Positions 47,187 to 56,423 of a DNA stretch of 64,000 bases are shown here, one piece after another. The position numbers were made by a program, and so were the translations under genes. How positions within the stretch are numbered: the first letter of the stretch is position 1; every line of letters begins with the position of its first letter. The stretch covers positions 4,448,001 to 4,512,000 of the forward strand of contig OY969474.1 in NCBI GenBank assembly GCA_963700145.1, written 5' to 3'. The notes below the pieces were generated by a model. The model saw nothing but the letters and a program-made list of their open reading frames with translations. It was not told the origin of the DNA and ran no database searches. The DNA comes from an uncultured Acidobacteriota bacterium. Its GTDB lineage: Bacteria > Acidobacteriota > Thermoanaerobaculia > Multivoradales > UBA5704.

Positions 47187-48119
47187 ATGTCGAAGGTCTA
47201 CGAGGTGATCACCGGTCAGATCGTGGAGCAGTTGGAGCGCGGGGTGGTTCCGTGGGCGCGGCCGTGGAAGGTGGATGGACTGGCGCCGTCGAACTTGGTC
47301 TCGCGGCGGCCGTACCGCGGGATCAACGTCTTTCTGCTCGGCTTCCGCGCGGCGACGACGCCGTGGTGGCTGACGTTCCGGCAGGCAAAGGCGCTGGGTG
47401 GCAGCGTGCGCGCGGGTGAGCGGTCGACGCCGGTGATCTTCTGGCGCTGGATCGACCGGGCCGAGCGCGGGATCGACGATGCGTCCTCCGGCAGCGAGCG
47501 GCGGCGCGAGCGCCTGCCGGTGCTGCGCTACTACTCGGTGTTCAACCTCGACCAGACCGAGGGGATCGACGTCTCGAAGGTCCCCGCAGTCGATGCTTCG
47601 GCTATCGACGGCGTACCGACCGCCGAAGAGATCGTCGCCCGGTTCCCGGATCCGCCGGCGATCGAGCACCTGGCGCAGCCACGGGCTTTCTATCGTCCGT
47701 CGACGGACAGCGTGACGATGCCGCCGAGAAACGCGTTCGAGCGGGCCGAGGGTTACTACTCGACGCTCTTTCACGAGCTCACGCACGCAACCGGCCACGC
47801 CAAGCGCCTGGCGCGGCCCGGCTTCGACAAGAACCACGCTTCGCCGTTCGGCTCCGAGCCGTACGCGCGCGAGGAACTGGTGGCGGAGTTGGGCGCCGCG
47901 TTCTTGTGCGGCGAGGCCGGCCTCGAGCCCGACATCTCGAACTCGGCGGCCTACATCGACCACTGGCGCCAGCAGCTCTCGCGCGACTCGCGCCTGGTGA
48001 TCACCGCCGCGCAGCAGGCGCAGCGGGCCGCCGACTTCATCCTCGGCCGCGTCGCGCGATCCGCCGAGGAATCGGAATCCCACTCGATGGAGGAAAGCCG
48101 AGAAGAAGAAGCAGCTTGA
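47187..48119 (+). CDS. ardC: Antirestriction protein ArdC (ssDNA-binding + zincin-like domain)
   Basis: PWARPW, RPYRGIN, WLTFRQA, YSVFNLDQ, HELTHATGH, YAREELVAE. Confidence 0.93.
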   Translation: MSKVYEVITGQIVEQLERGVVPWARPWKVDGLAPSNLVSRRPYRGINVFLLGFRAATTPWWLTFRQAKALGGSVRAGERSTPVIFWRWIDRAERGIDDASSGSERRRERLPVLRYYSVFNLDQTEGIDVSKVPAVDASAIDGVPTAEEIVARFPDPPAIEHLAQPRAFYRPSTDSVTMPPRNAFERAEGYYSTLFHELTHATGHAKRLARPGFDKNHASPFGSEPYAREELVAELGAAFLCGEAGLEPDISNSAAYIDHWRQQLSRDSRLVITAAQQAQRAADFILGRVARSAEESESHSMEESREEEAA

Positions 48120-48165
48120 CTCGGAGCAGCGGGCTCGGTAGCGTCCGCAAGTCAACAAACGTTGA
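48116..48165 (+). promoter_or_regulatory. ssb promoter with TCAAC-N4-GTTGA operator
   Basis: TTGACT-17-TAGCGT; palindrome at 48152-48165. Confidence 0.65.
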
Positions 48166-48190
48166 TATAGAGACCGAAAGGGGAGATTCC

Positions 48191-48538
48191 GTGCTGAACA
48201 AGGTGCAGCTCATCGGCCACATCGGACAGGACCCGGAGATTCGCGAGACGCCGCAGGGCACCAAGGTTGCCGACCTTCGCCTGGCTACGAGCCGTTACTG
48301 GCGCGACGGCGAAGGCAACCGCCAGGAGGAGACGGAGTGGCACCGCGTCGTCTTCTGGGGCAAGACCGCTGAGAACGTCGCGTCGGTGCTCGCCAAGGGG
48401 CGGCTGGTCTACGTGGAGGGCCGGATTCAGACTCGGTCCTGGGAGGACGAGAGCGGCAAGCACTTCCGCACCGAGGTGATCGCGGAGAGTTGGCAGGCGT
48501 TGACCCGGGCTGCGGGCTCGGGAGAAGCCGCCGCGTAA
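48191..48538 (+). CDS. ssb: Single-stranded DNA-binding protein (short, no acidic tail)
   Basis: LNKVQLIGHIGQDPE, TEWHRVV, KGRLVYVEGRIQTRSW. Confidence 0.92.
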   Translation: MLNKVQLIGHIGQDPEIRETPQGTKVADLRLATSRYWRDGEGNRQEETEWHRVVFWGKTAENVASVLAKGRLVYVEGRIQTRSWEDESGKHFRTEVIAESWQALTRAAGSGEAAA

Positions 48539-49130
48539 GCACTGAAGCGACGGGGCTGCTGGTTTCTCCAGAGGACCAGAGGCCGCGATCCCATTCCTTC
48601 TCGACCGCCGAGTCGGGAGAACTCTCGCCAGGAGGCGCAATGTGCGACAACGATCGAAGCTATTCAGTGACGGTGGGGCCCGAGCGGTCGTCCGAGTCCT
48701 GCTCATTCTCTTCGCCCTGCCACTCGTCATCCTCGCGGCAGTCGCCGGTGGGGCACTGTCGGGACTCCGAGCTCGGCCGCGGTTCTGAAGGGCGTTCGAC
48801 TAGGGCCGATTCGTACCCGATGCCACTCGTCACGGCCGAGCGGATCTATCGCTGTTTGGGTGCTGGTCGAGCGGCGCGTGCGGGGGATGTGCTCCTTCGG
48901 CCTGAGGGAGTGAGCCGGTCCACGCTTCGGAGGTGGCTGCGGTCGGGCTGGATCGTGCACCGCGATCGAGTCGTTCTCACCGCCAAGGGTTGTTCTGCGC
49001 TCCCGGTTCACCAGGAGGTCGTGGCGTTCGCTCGACGGTCTGGTCGAAGCACCCTGTTTCTGTAGGCCCACTCGGTGACACCCATCCGGACCCTGAGCCC
49101 ATCCGTCCCCCTCGCCCGCATGTCTTGGAA

Positions 49131-49209
49131 GGCCCGGCGAAGGCGGTCGGGTCAAGGGCGGTCGAAAGACCGGCGCCAGCGAACCCTTGACGCGATCGAC
49201 TGTCGGGCC
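49131..49209. promoter_or_regulatory. Second ssi-like hairpin
   Basis: GTCAAGGG (49151) ... CCCTTGAC (49184), same architecture as 47048-47093. Confidence 0.5.
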
Positions 49210-49329
49210 ACCCTTCAGCGCGCGAGGGGGCGACCGGTGTTGTGCTACCCCAGCGTCTCTGCCTGTTCTTCAATTCGACCGCTCCCGGAGCTTCGAGGCC
49301 ACTCCGACTGCTGGTTAGGAGCCAGCCAT

Positions 49330-49490
49330 GTTTCCCGGCCCGGGAAACCTCGCCGCCGCTCTCGCGGCAGGCGGGTTTCTCCCGGGCAGGCAACGGCTGG
49401 CCGCGGCTCGCTTGGGCTCGCAGGCGGTATCGGCGGGCTCGAGTTGCAAATTTGCAACTCCCTGCCGAACGCCGCCAACCGGAGTCCGGT
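49330..49490. other. Putative oriT region
   Basis: Intergenic region directly upstream of mobC; perfect 20-bp palindrome GAGTTGCAAATTTGCAACTC at 49441-49460. Confidence 0.5.
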
Positions 49491-49853
49491 GTGACCCGCC
49501 GGGGGCGTCCGCGCAAGGACCCGGCGCGGGCGCGCGTCGTCAAGAACGGCGCGCATTTCACGCCGGCTGAAGACGGCCGCTTGCGAGATCGTGCCCGATC
49601 CCTCGGCATCACCGTCGCGGAGTTGTTGCGGGAGGCCGCCCTCGGTCGGCCCCTTCCCCGGCGTCACCAGCCCGACCCGATCGCGTCGGACCAATGGGTC
49701 GAGCTCGGCCGGCTCGCGGCGAACCTCAATCAGCTCCAGCGCGCGATCAACCGCGGACAGACCGAAGGCGTTCCGGTGGCGCTCGTCGAGGAGCTTCGCC
49801 GGTTGCTTCACGACGTCCGCCAGTCGCTGATCGGCAAGGCGGGCGCCGCGTGA
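49491..49853 (+). CDS. mobC: Relaxosome accessory protein MobC
   Basis: RHH-like N-terminus, ELGRLAANLNQL motif, overlaps relaxase start. Confidence 0.85.
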   Translation: MTRRGRPRKDPARARVVKNGAHFTPAEDGRLRDRARSLGITVAELLREAALGRPLPRRHQPDPIASDQWVELGRLAANLNQLQRAINRGQTEGVPVALVEELRRLLHDVRQSLIGKAGAA

Positions 49854-52096
49854 TTCAGAGCATTCACAAGGGGAAGGGCTTTCGCGGTGTCCTCAACTAC
49901 GTCTTCGGCCGCGCGAAGTCGCCGGAGCTCGTGGGCGGCAACATGTACGGCGAGGACCCGCGCGCCCTCGCGCAGGAGTTCGGCGAGTGGCGAGAGCTGC
50001 GGCCTGGATTGACGCGCGCCGTCTTCCATTCCTCTCTCTCCCTGCCGCACGGACCCACCGGGCGCGAAGAGCTGAGCGACGCGCAGTGGCGCGACGTTGC
50101 GGAGCGCTACCTCGAACACCTTGGCTACGGGCGCTCGCCGTTCGTCGTGGTGCGCCATCGCGACACCGAGCACGACCACGTCCATATCGTCGCGGCGCGC
50201 ATCGGCGCCGACGGTCGCGCTGTCTCCGACTCGCACGACTACCGTCGTGGCGAGGAGGTCCTCCGTCAGCTCGAGCGCGAATACGGGCTCACCCAGGTCA
50301 AGTCGGCGCACGAGGTCGAGAAGACTGCGATGCGCCCCGGCGAGATCCGCCAGCTCGAGCGCACGGGCGAGGTAAGCACTCGTCTTCGCCTGCAGGATCT
50401 GCTCGATCGCGCCGCCGCGGATCGGCCTTCGATGACCACCTTCCTCGATCGGCTGCGTGAGGCGGGTGTCGAACCGGCGCCGCGGGTGGCGACGACGGGG
50501 CACGTTTCGGGCATCTCCTACGGCCTCGACGGCACGAGCTTTCGCGGCTCGGCGCTCGGACGCGCCTATTCGTGGCGTGGTGTTCAAGAGCATCTCGGTG
50601 TCGACTACCAACCCGAGCGAGATCTCGGAGCGGTGCGCGCAGCGGCTAGGCCGGACCGCGGCACAAGCCACACGCCGACGCCTTGGTCGCCCGCGAGTCT
50701 CGAGGCGCTTCAGAAGGAGCTGCGGGTGCTTCCGAGCGTTGCGCGTCGCGGTGTCGTCTCGCGGGCCGCGTCGGGCCTGGCTCGAGCGGGAGCCGGTGCG
50801 CTCGACGGACCGGCCGATGCCGTACGCCTTGCGTACGCCCTGCGTTCTCCTCGGTCGGCGGTGCGCCACGTAGCACGCCGCACTCCGGGTCTCGGTGCCG
50901 TGGCGCCGATCCTCGACCTCGCCAACGCGGCGCGTTCGCCCCTCGGACTTCTGCTCTATGGCGCCCGCCTGGCGACAACTGCGGGTCGGCTGGCTCTGCC
51001 GGCGCTCGCGAAGAGCGCGGCTCCGAGTCCGCTGTCGCGCAGCGTTGCTGCGGCCTACGTCCGGGCGGCTGCTACAGGAGCGCCCTCGATGGGACTCTTT
51101 CTCGACCGCCTCGAGGCCGCTGGCGTCCGAGCGCTCCCGCTGCTCGGCCGTGCTGGCGACGTGCGGGCCATCGTCTACCGCTTGGGAGATGAGCTGATCC
51201 CTGGCCAGGAGCTGGGGCCGTCCTTCACCTGGACCGGCCTTCAACGGCGTCTCGGAGTGACCTATGAGCCGACGAGAGACCTTCCTCGAATCCGCGAAGG
51301 CCGCGAACGACCAGGCCCTGAGCCCGGCGCCGGTGCTCGCGACCAACGCCCCCGCGAGGAGCGAGCTGGCCGCGATCCTGGCCGCCGCGGTGGAGACGAA
51401 CCGGAGATTGGAGTCGGTGGAGCGAGCCCTTCGCGAGGCCCTGCCGGCGACGCGCGAACACGCGGCGCCGAAGGCCACTCGGAGCCGCGCGGCGTCGACC
51501 GTGGTGTGGGCGCTCGTGGCGGCCTTGGCCACACTGCTGGGGATCACGCTGCTTCGCCCCGAGTGGGCGCTGCGATCCCATCAGCGGGCCGAGCTGCTTC
51601 TGGGCCAGAGGCTCTACCAGCGACTCCAGCACATGGAGGAGCCGGACCGGCTCGAGGTGCTGAAGTCGCTCTGGGCGGATCTGCCACCGACGAGCGACTA
51701 GCGGCGGCGGCGCTTCGCGAGTCCTTGCGGCGAACGGGGACGCCGCCGTTGGCGAGCTACCACCGCCATCCCGCCTACTCGGCCAGCCTCGATCGGGCTG
51801 ACGCCGCCTGGGCGACCGCGGCCCTCCGGCGTGGGGTCGAGCCGCACGTCGTGCTTCGCGAGGTGGCGGAGCGCGGTGCGCGGGCCGCGGCCTCGAAGGA
51901 TGCCGCGTTGGCGCACGGCACGCGCGTCGTGGCGCGCGCGCTCGCGACGGTGCAGCCGGGTCGTGCCGTCGAGAAGACGGTGTCGATGACCGTCCAGGCG
52001 CTCGCTACCGCGGTCAAGGCCCCGATCGCGGTGGTCAAGGCACTGTTGATTGTCCGCAGCATCGTGCGCGAGCTATCGCAGGAGCGAGGCCGATGA
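49850..52096 (+). CDS. MOBP-family relaxase
   Basis: GKGFRGVLNY, VFHSSLS, RHRDTEHDHVHIV. Confidence 0.9.
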   Translation: MIQSIHKGKGFRGVLNYVFGRAKSPELVGGNMYGEDPRALAQEFGEWRELRPGLTRAVFHSSLSLPHGPTGREELSDAQWRDVAERYLEHLGYGRSPFVVVRHRDTEHDHVHIVAARIGADGRAVSDSHDYRRGEEVLRQLEREYGLTQVKSAHEVEKTAMRPGEIRQLERTGEVSTRLRLQDLLDRAAADRPSMTTFLDRLREAGVEPAPRVATTGHVSGISYGLDGTSFRGSALGRAYSWRGVQEHLGVDYQPERDLGAVRAAARPDRGTSHTPTPWSPASLEALQKELRVLPSVARRGVVSRAASGLARAGAGALDGPADAVRLAYALRSPRSAVRHVARRTPGLGAVAPILDLANAARSPLGLLLYGARLATTAGRLALPALAKSAAPSPLSRSVAAAYVRAAATGAPSMGLFLDRLEAAGVRALPLLGRAGDVRAIVYRLGDELIPGQELGPSFTWTGLQRRLGVTYEPTRDLPRIREGRERPGPEPGAGARDQRPREERAGRDPGRRGGDEPEIGVGGASPSRGPAGDARTRGAEGHSEPRGVDRGVGARGGLGHTAGDHAASPRVGAAIPSAGRAASGPEALPATPAHGGAGPARGAEVALGGSATDERLAAAALRESLRRTGTPPLASYHRHPAYSASLDRADAAWATAALRRGVEPHVVLREVAERGARAAASKDAALAHGTRVVARALATVQPGRAVEKTVSMTVQALATAVKAPIAVVKALLIVRSIVRELSQERGR
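51264..51701 (+). CDS. Nested out-of-frame MobB-like membrane-anchored protein inside relaxase
   Basis: GGAG SD, helical protein-like composition with one TM helix, while the relaxase frame is low-complexity here. Confidence 0.6.
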   Translation: MSRRETFLESAKAANDQALSPAPVLATNAPARSELAAILAAAVETNRRLESVERALREALPATREHAAPKATRSRAASTVVWALVAALATLLGITLLRPEWALRSHQRAELLLGQRLYQRLQHMEEPDRLEVLKSLWADLPPTSD

Positions 52097-52620
52097 TTCG
52101 ATTCAAGACGACGGCGCCTCTCGTGGCGGTCGGTCTCTTCCTGGTGATCTATCTGGTTCCGCAGGCCACGGGCCTCCGGATCAACACGTCGACGAGCATG
52201 CCGCGGGGCCTGTACCGGTCGGTCGTCGGTGCCGTTCGACGAGACGCCGTGGCGGCCGTTTGCCTGCCGCCGGCGATCGCGAGGTTTGGAATGGAGCGGC
52301 ACTATCTCGGCGCGGGCTCGTGCCCCGACGGCTCGGAGCCTGTCGTCAAGGTTCTCGCCGCCGTGGAGGGCGATCGCATCGAAGTCACGGCGAGCGCGGT
52401 CTTGGTCAACGGCGTCCGGTTGCCTCACAGCCGGTCCCTCGACCGCGACCGAGGTGGGCGGGAGTTGCTGCCCTTCGCAGCGGGCGAGCATCGGCTGGAG
52501 CCAGGCGAGGTCTGGCTCTACTCGCCCTACGAGGAGCGGAGCTGGGACAGCCGGTACTTCGGGCCGGTTCGGATCGAGAACGTCACCACGATCGTCGAGC
52601 CGTTAGTGACGTTCCGATGA
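52093..52620 (+). CDS. traF: Conjugative pilin-processing peptidase TraF (S26)
   Basis: INTSTSMPRGLY, VVKVLAAVEGD, SWDSRYFGPV. Confidence 0.92.
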   Translation: MIRFKTTAPLVAVGLFLVIYLVPQATGLRINTSTSMPRGLYRSVVGAVRRDAVAAVCLPPAIARFGMERHYLGAGSCPDGSEPVVKVLAAVEGDRIEVTASAVLVNGVRLPHSRSLDRDRGGRELLPFAAGEHRLEPGEVWLYSPYEERSWDSRYFGPVRIENVTTIVEPLVTFR

Positions 52621-54710
52621 GCGCCCAGCCTTCCTACAGGCTCACGCCAGGCGGCGGGCTCACGGCCAAGGGCGTCGTCGCCCGGGGTCTCGCGGCGGTT
52701 GTCGGCGTCGCCACACTGACGGCCTGGGCGCTCACGCAGCACGCGGCGCTCCGGCTGGGGTTCCACGCCGCGCTTGGCCGTCCGTGGATCCCTGCGCTCG
52801 ACGGCCAAGAGGCGATGCTGAACATCGCCGCGTGGGCGCTCTGGGGAGCGGCGCTGCTCCTCCTCGCCCCGAAGCGCACGCGCTTGCTCGCACCGATCGC
52901 CGCGGTGCTCGGCGCGGGCGCCTTCGCCTGGTCGCTCGGACCGCTCTTCACGCCGTTCCATCTCTTCGTATGGGCACAGCGACTGAGCTCGACCGCAGCG
53001 GCGCACGAGTTCTGGCGATCGGCCTTCCTGGCGCTGGGCCTGACGACAGCAGCTTGCGCTGTCGTCGCAGCCATCGTCGTCACAGTGGCCATCAAGCGCC
53101 TCGATCCGCAGTCCGACCTCCACGGCTCCGCCCGGTGGGCCACGGAACGAGAGGCCAGAAACGCGGGGCTCTTCGCCGAGAACGGCCTCATCCTGGGGCA
53201 GTGGCCCGGTAGGAAGGGCCGGACACTTCGGCACGATGGACCGGAGCACGTCTTCGTCTTCGCTCCCACGCGGAGCGGCAAGGGCGTATCCCTCGTCGTA
53301 CCAAACCTGCTCACCTGGCCGCACTCGGTGCTCGTCCACGACATGAAAGGAGAGAACTGGGTGCTGTCGGCGGGCTGGCGGAGCCGCGAGCTCGGCAGCC
53401 TCTGTCTCAAGTTCGATCCCACTTGCTCGGACGGCTCGGGCGCGCGGTACAACCCGTTGCTCGAGATCCGGATGGGCGATCAGGAAGTGCGCGATGCGCA
53501 GAACGTCGCCGACATCCTCGTCGATCCGAACGGCGACCGCATTCGCGACCACTGGGACCGCACCGCGCATTCGCTCCTGGTCGGGCTCATCCTGCACGTT
53601 CTCTACGCGGAGAAGGAGAAGACGCTTGCCGGGTGCGCGCACTTCCTGGCGCGCCCCGACCGCCCGATCGACCTGAGCCTCGAGGTGCTGCTCGCCACCG
53701 AGCATGCGCCACCGGGGCACCCCGGTTGGCTCGATCCGATCACCGGCGAGTCGCTGCGGACGCACCCGACGGTCGCTGCCGCGGCGCGAGCGCTGATGGA
53801 CAAATCGCCGAACGAGCGCTCGGGTGTCCTGTCGACAGCCCTCAGCTTCCTCGATCTCTACCGCGATCCGATCCTGGCGCAGAACACCGCGGTCTCGGAC
53901 TTCGCGCTCGAGGACCTGGTGAGCCACGAGCGGCCAGTCAGCCTCTACCTCACGGTCCCGCCGTCCGATCTCAGCCGTACCCGGCCGCTCGTTCGTCTGC
54001 TGCTGAATCAGGCGTGTCGGCGACTGACGGAGCGCATGGACTTCTCGGAGGGTCGCGGCAGGGGAGCGGGCAAGCACCCACTCCTCCTGATGCTCGACGA
54101 GTTCCCCGCGCTCGGCAAGCTCCAGTTCTTCCAGGAGTCGCTGGCCTACCTCGCCGGCTACGACATCCGGGCAATGCTCATCACGCAGGATCTCTCGCAG
54201 CACCAGGGCGTCTACGGCAAGCAGGAGTCGATCACGGCGAACTGCCACGTCCGGATCGCCTTCGCCGCCAACAAGCCGGAGACCGCCGAGATGCTCTCCC
54301 AGATGGCAGGCGACACCACGGTGTCGCACAAGCAGGTCTCCTACCGCGGCGGGAGCCTGATGATGGGCGACAGGAACACCACACAGCAGGAGATTCGTCG
54401 TCGGCTTCTCACTCCGGACGAGGCGATGCGACTCGATCCGGACCACGAGGTCGTGTTCGTGGCCGGGCAACAGCCGATGTACGCGGGTAAGTCGCGCTAC
54501 TTCCAGGATCGCGAGCTGTCGAGGAGAGCCAACCTGGCGGCTCCGGCGTCATCAGGTCGGACCGGTCGCTGCGCCACGGCCTGGGGAGCCCTGCCACCCG
54601 CTTCGTCCGCCGTGCCGCCCACGGCCAGCCACGCTGGCGAGCTCAGTGCCCTGGCCTCGGCGCTCGACCGGGAACGAGCTCCCGAAGACGCGGTCGACCG
54701 CCAGGCCTGA
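52617..54710 (+). CDS. traG: Type IV coupling protein TraG/VirD4
   Basis: LHGSARWA, APTRSGKG, LMLDEFPALG, RRLLTPDE. Confidence 0.95.
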   Translation: MSAQPSYRLTPGGGLTAKGVVARGLAAVVGVATLTAWALTQHAALRLGFHAALGRPWIPALDGQEAMLNIAAWALWGAALLLLAPKRTRLLAPIAAVLGAGAFAWSLGPLFTPFHLFVWAQRLSSTAAAHEFWRSAFLALGLTTAACAVVAAIVVTVAIKRLDPQSDLHGSARWATEREARNAGLFAENGLILGQWPGRKGRTLRHDGPEHVFVFAPTRSGKGVSLVVPNLLTWPHSVLVHDMKGENWVLSAGWRSRELGSLCLKFDPTCSDGSGARYNPLLEIRMGDQEVRDAQNVADILVDPNGDRIRDHWDRTAHSLLVGLILHVLYAEKEKTLAGCAHFLARPDRPIDLSLEVLLATEHAPPGHPGWLDPITGESLRTHPTVAAAARALMDKSPNERSGVLSTALSFLDLYRDPILAQNTAVSDFALEDLVSHERPVSLYLTVPPSDLSRTRPLVRLLLNQACRRLTERMDFSEGRGRGAGKHPLLLMLDEFPALGKLQFFQESLAYLAGYDIRAMLITQDLSQHQGVYGKQESITANCHVRIAFAANKPETAEMLSQMAGDTTVSHKQVSYRGGSLMMGDRNTTQQEIRRRLLTPDEAMRLDPDHEVVFVAGQQPMYAGKSRYFQDRELSRRANLAAPASSGRTGRCATAWGALPPASSAVPPTASHAGELSALASALDRERAPEDAVDRQA

Positions 54711-54740
54711 GCGGGGTGCAGCTTCGTCCGAGCGCTGTTC

Positions 54741-54779
54741 TCAACAACTGTTGACATACTCTCAACGCTTGTGTAGTGT
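54741..54779 (+). promoter_or_regulatory. trb operon promoter with TCAAC-N4-GTTGA operator over the -35
   Basis: TTGACA (54751)-17-TAGTGT (54774); palindrome at 54741-54754. Confidence 0.7.
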
Positions 54780-54787
54780 CCCCCGCC

Positions 54788-55780
54788 ATGCGGCCGGCAC
54801 CACACGACGAGCAGCGGCAGCGCTGGACTGAAGGCCTGATCCGCGAGCTGGGAGAAACCATCGTCGGCGCCCTCGGCAACGACGACGTGGTGGAGATTCT
54901 CCTCAACCCGGACGGTCGGATCTGGCTCGACTCGCGGACCGAGGGGATGTACGACAGCGGCTACCGCCTTCTCCCGCAGGAGGGTGAGGCGATCCTCGCC
55001 TCGATCGCCGGAATGCTCGGCACGCAGATCGACTCCGAGCACCCGATCATCGAGGCCGAGCTGCCGCTCGACGGGAGCCGCATCGAGGGGATGGTCCCAC
55101 CGCTAGTGGCGAACCCCAGCTTCGCGATCCGCAAGCGCGCCACCCGGGTGTTCCCGCTCTCGCACTACATCGAGTCCGGCTCGATGACGGTGACGCAGGC
55201 CGAGTTGCTCCGGGCAGCGATCGCCGAGCGGCGGAACATCCTGGTGTCCGGCGGTACCGGCTCCGGCAAGACGACGCTGGTCAACGCGATTCTCGACGAA
55301 ATGGTCCGGCTCGGCGAGCCGAGCGAGCGCTTCATCCTGCTCGAGGACACGGTGGAGCTTCAGTGCACGGCCGAGAACCACACGGCGCTCCGCACCACGC
55401 GCCACGTCGACCTCGCCACCCTGGTCAAGGCAACGATGCGCCTCAATCCGGACCGGATCATCATCGGCGAGGTTCGGGGCCGCGAGGCCCTCGACCTGCT
55501 CAAGGCCTGGAACACCGGGCATCCCGGCGGTTGCACCACCGTCCACGCCAACAACGCGGTCGCCGCTCTCCAGCGTCTCGACCAGCTCGCGCAAGAAGCG
55601 GGTGTTCCGACCCAGCGAGCGCTCATCGCCGACACCGTCGGCCTCGTCGTTCACATCGAGGGAGGGAGCCGCGGGCGTCGCGTCTCCGAGCTCGTCCGCG
55701 TCGCCGGCCTCGCCGGCGACGGCAGCTATCAACTCGAGCCCACCGCGGCTCGGACTACCGAGGAGGAGTTACAGCCATGA
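54788..55780 (+). CDS. trbB: P-type conjugative ATPase TrbB (VirB11)
   Basis: [37 protein letters not shown]. Confidence 0.95.
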   Translation: MRPAPHDEQRQRWTEGLIRELGETIVGALGNDDVVEILLNPDGRIWLDSRTEGMYDSGYRLLPQEGEAILASIAGMLGTQIDSEHPIIEAELPLDGSRIEGMVPPLVANPSFAIRKRATRVFPLSHYIESGSMTVTQAELLRAAIAERRNILVSGGTGSGKTTLVNAILDEMVRLGEPSERFILLEDTVELQCTAENHTALRTTRHVDLATLVKATMRLNPDRIIIGEVRGREALDLLKAWNTGHPGGCTTVHANNAVAALQRLDQLAQEAGVPTQRALIADTVGLVVHIEGGSRGRRVSELVRVAGLAGDGSYQLEPTAARTTEEELQP

Positions 55781-56097
55781 AGCAATGGAGGGAGAAGGGA
55801 ATGAAGCTCGGGGCGCTCGTGGGCCTCTGGATGGTCACCTCGCCGGCCGCGTTCGCGACGACCGGCGGCACCTCGATGCCGTGGGACGAGCCGCTCATCC
55901 GCATCCAGGAGAACCTCACCGGGCCCGTGGCGAGCGCGATCATCATCATCGCCGTTGCGCTGGCCGGCGTGATGTGGGCGCTCTCCGATCACGGCACCGG
56001 CATGCGCCGCGTCTCGCAGGTCATCTTCGGCGCCGGGGTCGCCCTGGGTGCGGTGAGCTTCGTCACGGCGCTCGGATTCTCCGGGGCGGTGCTGTGA
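55777..56097 (+). CDS. trbC: Pilin TrbC (VirB2)
   Basis: MPWDEPL...LTGPVA, two hydrophobic segments. Confidence 0.9.
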   Translation: MKQWREKGMKLGALVGLWMVTSPAAFATTGGTSMPWDEPLIRIQENLTGPVASAIIIIAVALAGVMWALSDHGTGMRRVSQVIFGAGVALGAVSFVTALGFSGAVL

Positions 56098-56423
56098 AGA
56101 GACGGTCTCTCCGCACCGTACCGTTCCACAGCTCGCTCACGAGGCCGATTCTCTTGGGCGGGGCCGAACGCGATCTCGTGATCATCGAGGTGAGCCTGAT
56201 CGCCGCGCTGCTCTTTGGCGTTGGCTTTCGCTTCGCGAGCCTGACCCTGGCCCTGCTGCTCGGCACCGTGGGACACCGGCTCCTCGTCTGGATCGGCCGC
56301 CAGGACCCGCAAGCTACGCGTGTCTTCGCGCGGCACCGGCTTTACCAGCCGTTCTACCCGGCAGCGGCGGCGGTCGGCGCCCCGCTGCCGCGGGTCCCGG
56401 CCTTCCGGGGGGACACGCGGTGA
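56094..56423 (+). CDS. trbD: TrbD (VirB3)
   Basis: HSSLTRPILLGGAER, DPQ...RH..YQPFY. Confidence 0.9.
   Translation: MKRRSLRTVPFHSSLTRPILLGGAERDLVIIEVSLIAALLFGVGFRFASLTLALLLGTVGHRLLVWIGRQDPQATRVFARHRLYQPFYPAAAAVGAPLPRVPAFRGDTR

Noticed and set aside
48490-49065. Leading-region ORF (possible small wHTH protein from 48820)
   Set aside because: No clear SD or recognisable family; cannot be supported without a homology search, although its position makes it an anti-defence candidate.
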